Below are positions 17,685-19,828 of a stretch of DNA of 19,828 nt, one piece after another. The notes under the pieces were generated by a model that searched no databases, had not been told where the DNA came from, and worked only from the letters and a program-made list of their open reading frames with translations. Where the stretch lies: NCBI GenBank assembly GCA_040235515.1, contig JBECKX010000185.1:1-19828 (forward strand), in the 5' to 3' direction. The DNA is from Candidatus Zixiibacteriota bacterium (GTDB taxonomy: Bacteria; Zixibacteria; MSB-5A5; CAIYYT01). The position numbers were made by a program, and so were the translations under genes. The stretch's first letter is position 1. Every line of letters starts with the position of its first letter.

Positions 17685-18800
17685 ATGTCTATTGCGATTG
17701 AAGTACTGGAGTGGCTCGACCCGACGGGCGATGAGATGATCCACCGGATCCCGCAGGAGGGCTCGGCCGATTTCAAGCTGGGGGCACAACTGGTGGTACG
17801 TGACAGCCAGATGGCGATCTTTTTCCGCGATGGTCATGCCGCCGACTCGTTCAGCACCGGACGACATACTCTGACGACGCTCAACTTACCGATTCTGACG
17901 AGATTGCTGGCGTTTCCGTTCGGGTTCAAGTCACCGTTTCGGGCAGAGGTGTACTTCGTCAATCTGAAGACTTTCACTGACCTGAAGTGGGGCACGCGGC
18001 ACCCGGTGACGTTTCAGGATTCGAAGCTGGGGTTGATACGTTTGCGCGGGCATGGGGCATTCACGTTCAAGATCGTGCAGCCGATGCTGTTCTTGAACAC
18101 GATTGTTGGGCGTCAGGCTCGCTACACCACTGCGGATATACAGAGCTACCTGCGAGACGTGATCATCGCGAGAATGAATGATATGCTGGGTGAGAAGCTG
18201 GATTCGATCCTGGATATCCCGAGTCAGTATGACGAGCTGGCGGGTGAGTTCAAGGCGAAGGTGTGTGATGAGTTCACCAAGTATGGGCTTGAACTGACCG
18301 ATTTCTATATATCGTCGATCACTCCGCCGGATGATGTGTCGAAGCTGATTGACCAGCGCTCAGGAATGGAGGCGATCGGCGACTTAGACAAATTCCTCAA
18401 ATTCGAGATGGCGCGCGGACTGGGCACGAGCGGGATCGCCGGCGGGACCGGTCAGAGCCTGGGGATGGCGGCAGGTGTGGGAGTGATGATGCCCACGATG
18501 ATGTCGCGGGTGTTCGCGCCTGAGCAGCAGGAGTTGGCCGACACCCCGATCGCGACGGTACCGTGTCCGTCGTGTCATACAGAGACGCCGGAGCAGTCGC
18601 GGTTTTGCTATCGCTGTGGTCATCCGATGCAGAAACAGAATGTTTGTCCATCCTGCAGCAAGGACCTGCCGACCGAGGCCAAGTTCTGCATGCATTGTGG
18701 CACGAAGCTGGAAGTCAAGGCTGCCTGCCCGCACTGCAGCGAGGAGTTGATCCCGGGATCGAAGTTCTGCGGCAACTGTGGCAAGCGGGTAGATGGTTAG
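17685..18800 (+). CDS. SPFH/Band-7-like (YdjI-like) protein with three C-terminal zinc ribbons
   Basis: GAQLVVRDSQ.AIFFRDG..GRHTLTTLNLP, SPFRAEVYFVN, KWGT..P and G/A/M-rich linker, then CPSC..FCYRCG, CPSC..FCMHCG and CPHC..FCGNCG. Start at ATG 17685 (MSIAIEVLEW) preferred over 17667. Confidence 0.85.
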   Translation: MSIAIEVLEWLDPTGDEMIHRIPQEGSADFKLGAQLVVRDSQMAIFFRDGHAADSFSTGRHTLTTLNLPILTRLLAFPFGFKSPFRAEVYFVNLKTFTDLKWGTRHPVTFQDSKLGLIRLRGHGAFTFKIVQPMLFLNTIVGRQARYTTADIQSYLRDVIIARMNDMLGEKLDSILDIPSQYDELAGEFKAKVCDEFTKYGLELTDFYISSITPPDDVSKLIDQRSGMEAIGDLDKFLKFEMARGLGTSGIAGGTGQSLGMAAGVGVMMPTMMSRVFAPEQQELADTPIATVPCPSCHTETPEQSRFCYRCGHPMQKQNVCPSCSKDLPTEAKFCMHCGTKLEVKAACPHCSEELIPGSKFCGNCGKRVDG

Positions 18801-19828
18801 CTGGTCCGGTAACAGAAGCGACGCTCGCGGCTATGTTGTCGAAACCGGTTGTCCGGGATGCGGCGGTGTCGTCAAACTGAAGCATGGGTTCGGGACGACC
18901 CGCTGTGATTTCTGCGGGTCGTTGCTGCGGATAGGGCTGCCTGCGACCGTGCCGGCGTATGTTGCCCGGGAGCGGATATCGAAGTTTGAGGTTCGACCAC
19001 ATCTGGACCGCTACCTGAAGGCGAACGACAAACCGCTCAGCACATTCGAGCTTGAGATCAAGGGGGTATATATCCCCTACTGGAGCGTGGATGGGCTCTT
19101 GCTCAAGCTGCGCGAACAGAAGGAAGTGAAGGTTCTGGTTGAGCAGAACGGTTATGCGCGCGATGAGCGTACGCTTGAGCAGCAGCACGCGCGAGTTTCG
19201 CTTGTCCCCCACTCGACGAGTGTCTGTGCTATCGCGGACGCAGTCACGGCTCCTGCCAGCCTGGGTGTCAGAACGGCCGGCCTGGTGTTGCGGCCGATGG
19301 TCGAAGAAAATATCAACAACGAGTTCGAGTTGTTTTCGCCACAGATTACTTCCGAGGGGGCTGTAGCCAAGGTCGAGCAGCAGGTTGCCAACTTGAACAG
19401 ACTGGCGGGGTTAGGGTCCCGCAAGAGCGTCAGCAAGTTTTTCGGGCATGGAATTGAACTGGTTCAAGTGCCCTACTATGTCTGCGTTTCCACTGATGAG
19501 GATGGGAGTGTGGCGTACCTGCTCGATGCCGTAACGGGGCGGGTGGAGAGCGAGTTTCGTGACCTCGACTGGATTGAGAACGCCGCGTCGATCGGGAGCG
19601 ATCAGGAGTATGGGGAGTTAAGCCTTAGTCTGCACCGCTGCGGTGACTGCGGCGAGGATCTGCCTGATTCCAACGGATTGGTGGTGATATGCGGCAATTG
19701 TAATGTGCTGACGGCATTGGATCCATCGGTTCCGCGCGACCTGCAGATATTGACTGTTGCTTCGGATGAGAGTACGGCGGATTTTTCTCTGCCGTTCTGG
19801 GTGTTCGAGTTGCCTGAGTGCGAGAGAG
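18793..19828 (+). CDS. YdjG-like zinc-ribbon protein, partial (at least 345 aa, runs off window)
   Basis: Not in the ORF track because no stop lies in the window. Hand translation is open from ATG 18793 (8 nt overlap with the SPFH gene) to the end: MVSWSG..CPGCGG..RCDFCGS..GVYIPYW..VPYY..YLLDAVTGRV..RCGDCGEDL..ICGNC..LPFWVF. Confidence 0.8.
   Translation, partial: MVSWSGNRSDARGYVVETGCPGCGGVVKLKHGFGTTRCDFCGSLLRIGLPATVPAYVARERISKFEVRPHLDRYLKANDKPLSTFELEIKGVYIPYWSVDGLLLKLREQKEVKVLVEQNGYARDERTLEQQHARVSLVPHSTSVCAIADAVTAPASLGVRTAGLVLRPMVEENINNEFELFSPQITSEGAVAKVEQQVANLNRLAGLGSRKSVSKFFGHGIELVQVPYYVCVSTDEDGSVAYLLDAVTGRVESEFRDLDWIENAASIGSDQEYGELSLSLHRCGDCGEDLPDSNGLVVICGNCNVLTALDPSVPRDLQILTVASDESTADFSLPFWVFELPECER

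Noticed and set aside
1..19828. CRISPR arrays, transposases, integrases, tRNA/rRNA genes, in-frame selenocysteine or frameshifted genes
   Set aside because: None seen by eye; all recognised genes are intact single ORFs.

Overview
Bacterial chromosomal window of about 57% GC (estimated by eye), mostly core metabolism; I cannot assign taxonomy from the sequence. (1) 1-11435, minus strand: a respiratory complex I operon, nuoA-B-C-D-E-F-G-H-I-J-K-L plus the start of nuoM, with unfused C and D and a full NADH-input EFG module. It is preceded by a sigma70-type promoter with a Rex-like operator in the spacer and an IHF-consensus site. (2) 11704-15943, minus strand: a partial propionyl-CoA/methylmalonyl-CoA cluster (biotin carboxylase, biotin carrier protein, stand-alone catalytic subunit of methylmalonyl-CoA mutase, epimerase). 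A roughly 200 bp highly structured non-coding segment lies between mutase and epimerase. (3) 16146-end: a DUF3592-like membrane protein and a ferritin converging on a bidirectional terminator, then a plus-strand operon behind a sigma54-like -24/-12 motif. It encodes an SPFH (YdjI-like) protein with three zinc ribbons and an overlapping YdjG-like zinc-ribbon protein that is absent from the ORF track, appears internally duplicated and runs off the window. The best leads are this SPFH/zinc-ribbon module and the structured intergenic element. All family assignments come from motif recognition; no searches were run.
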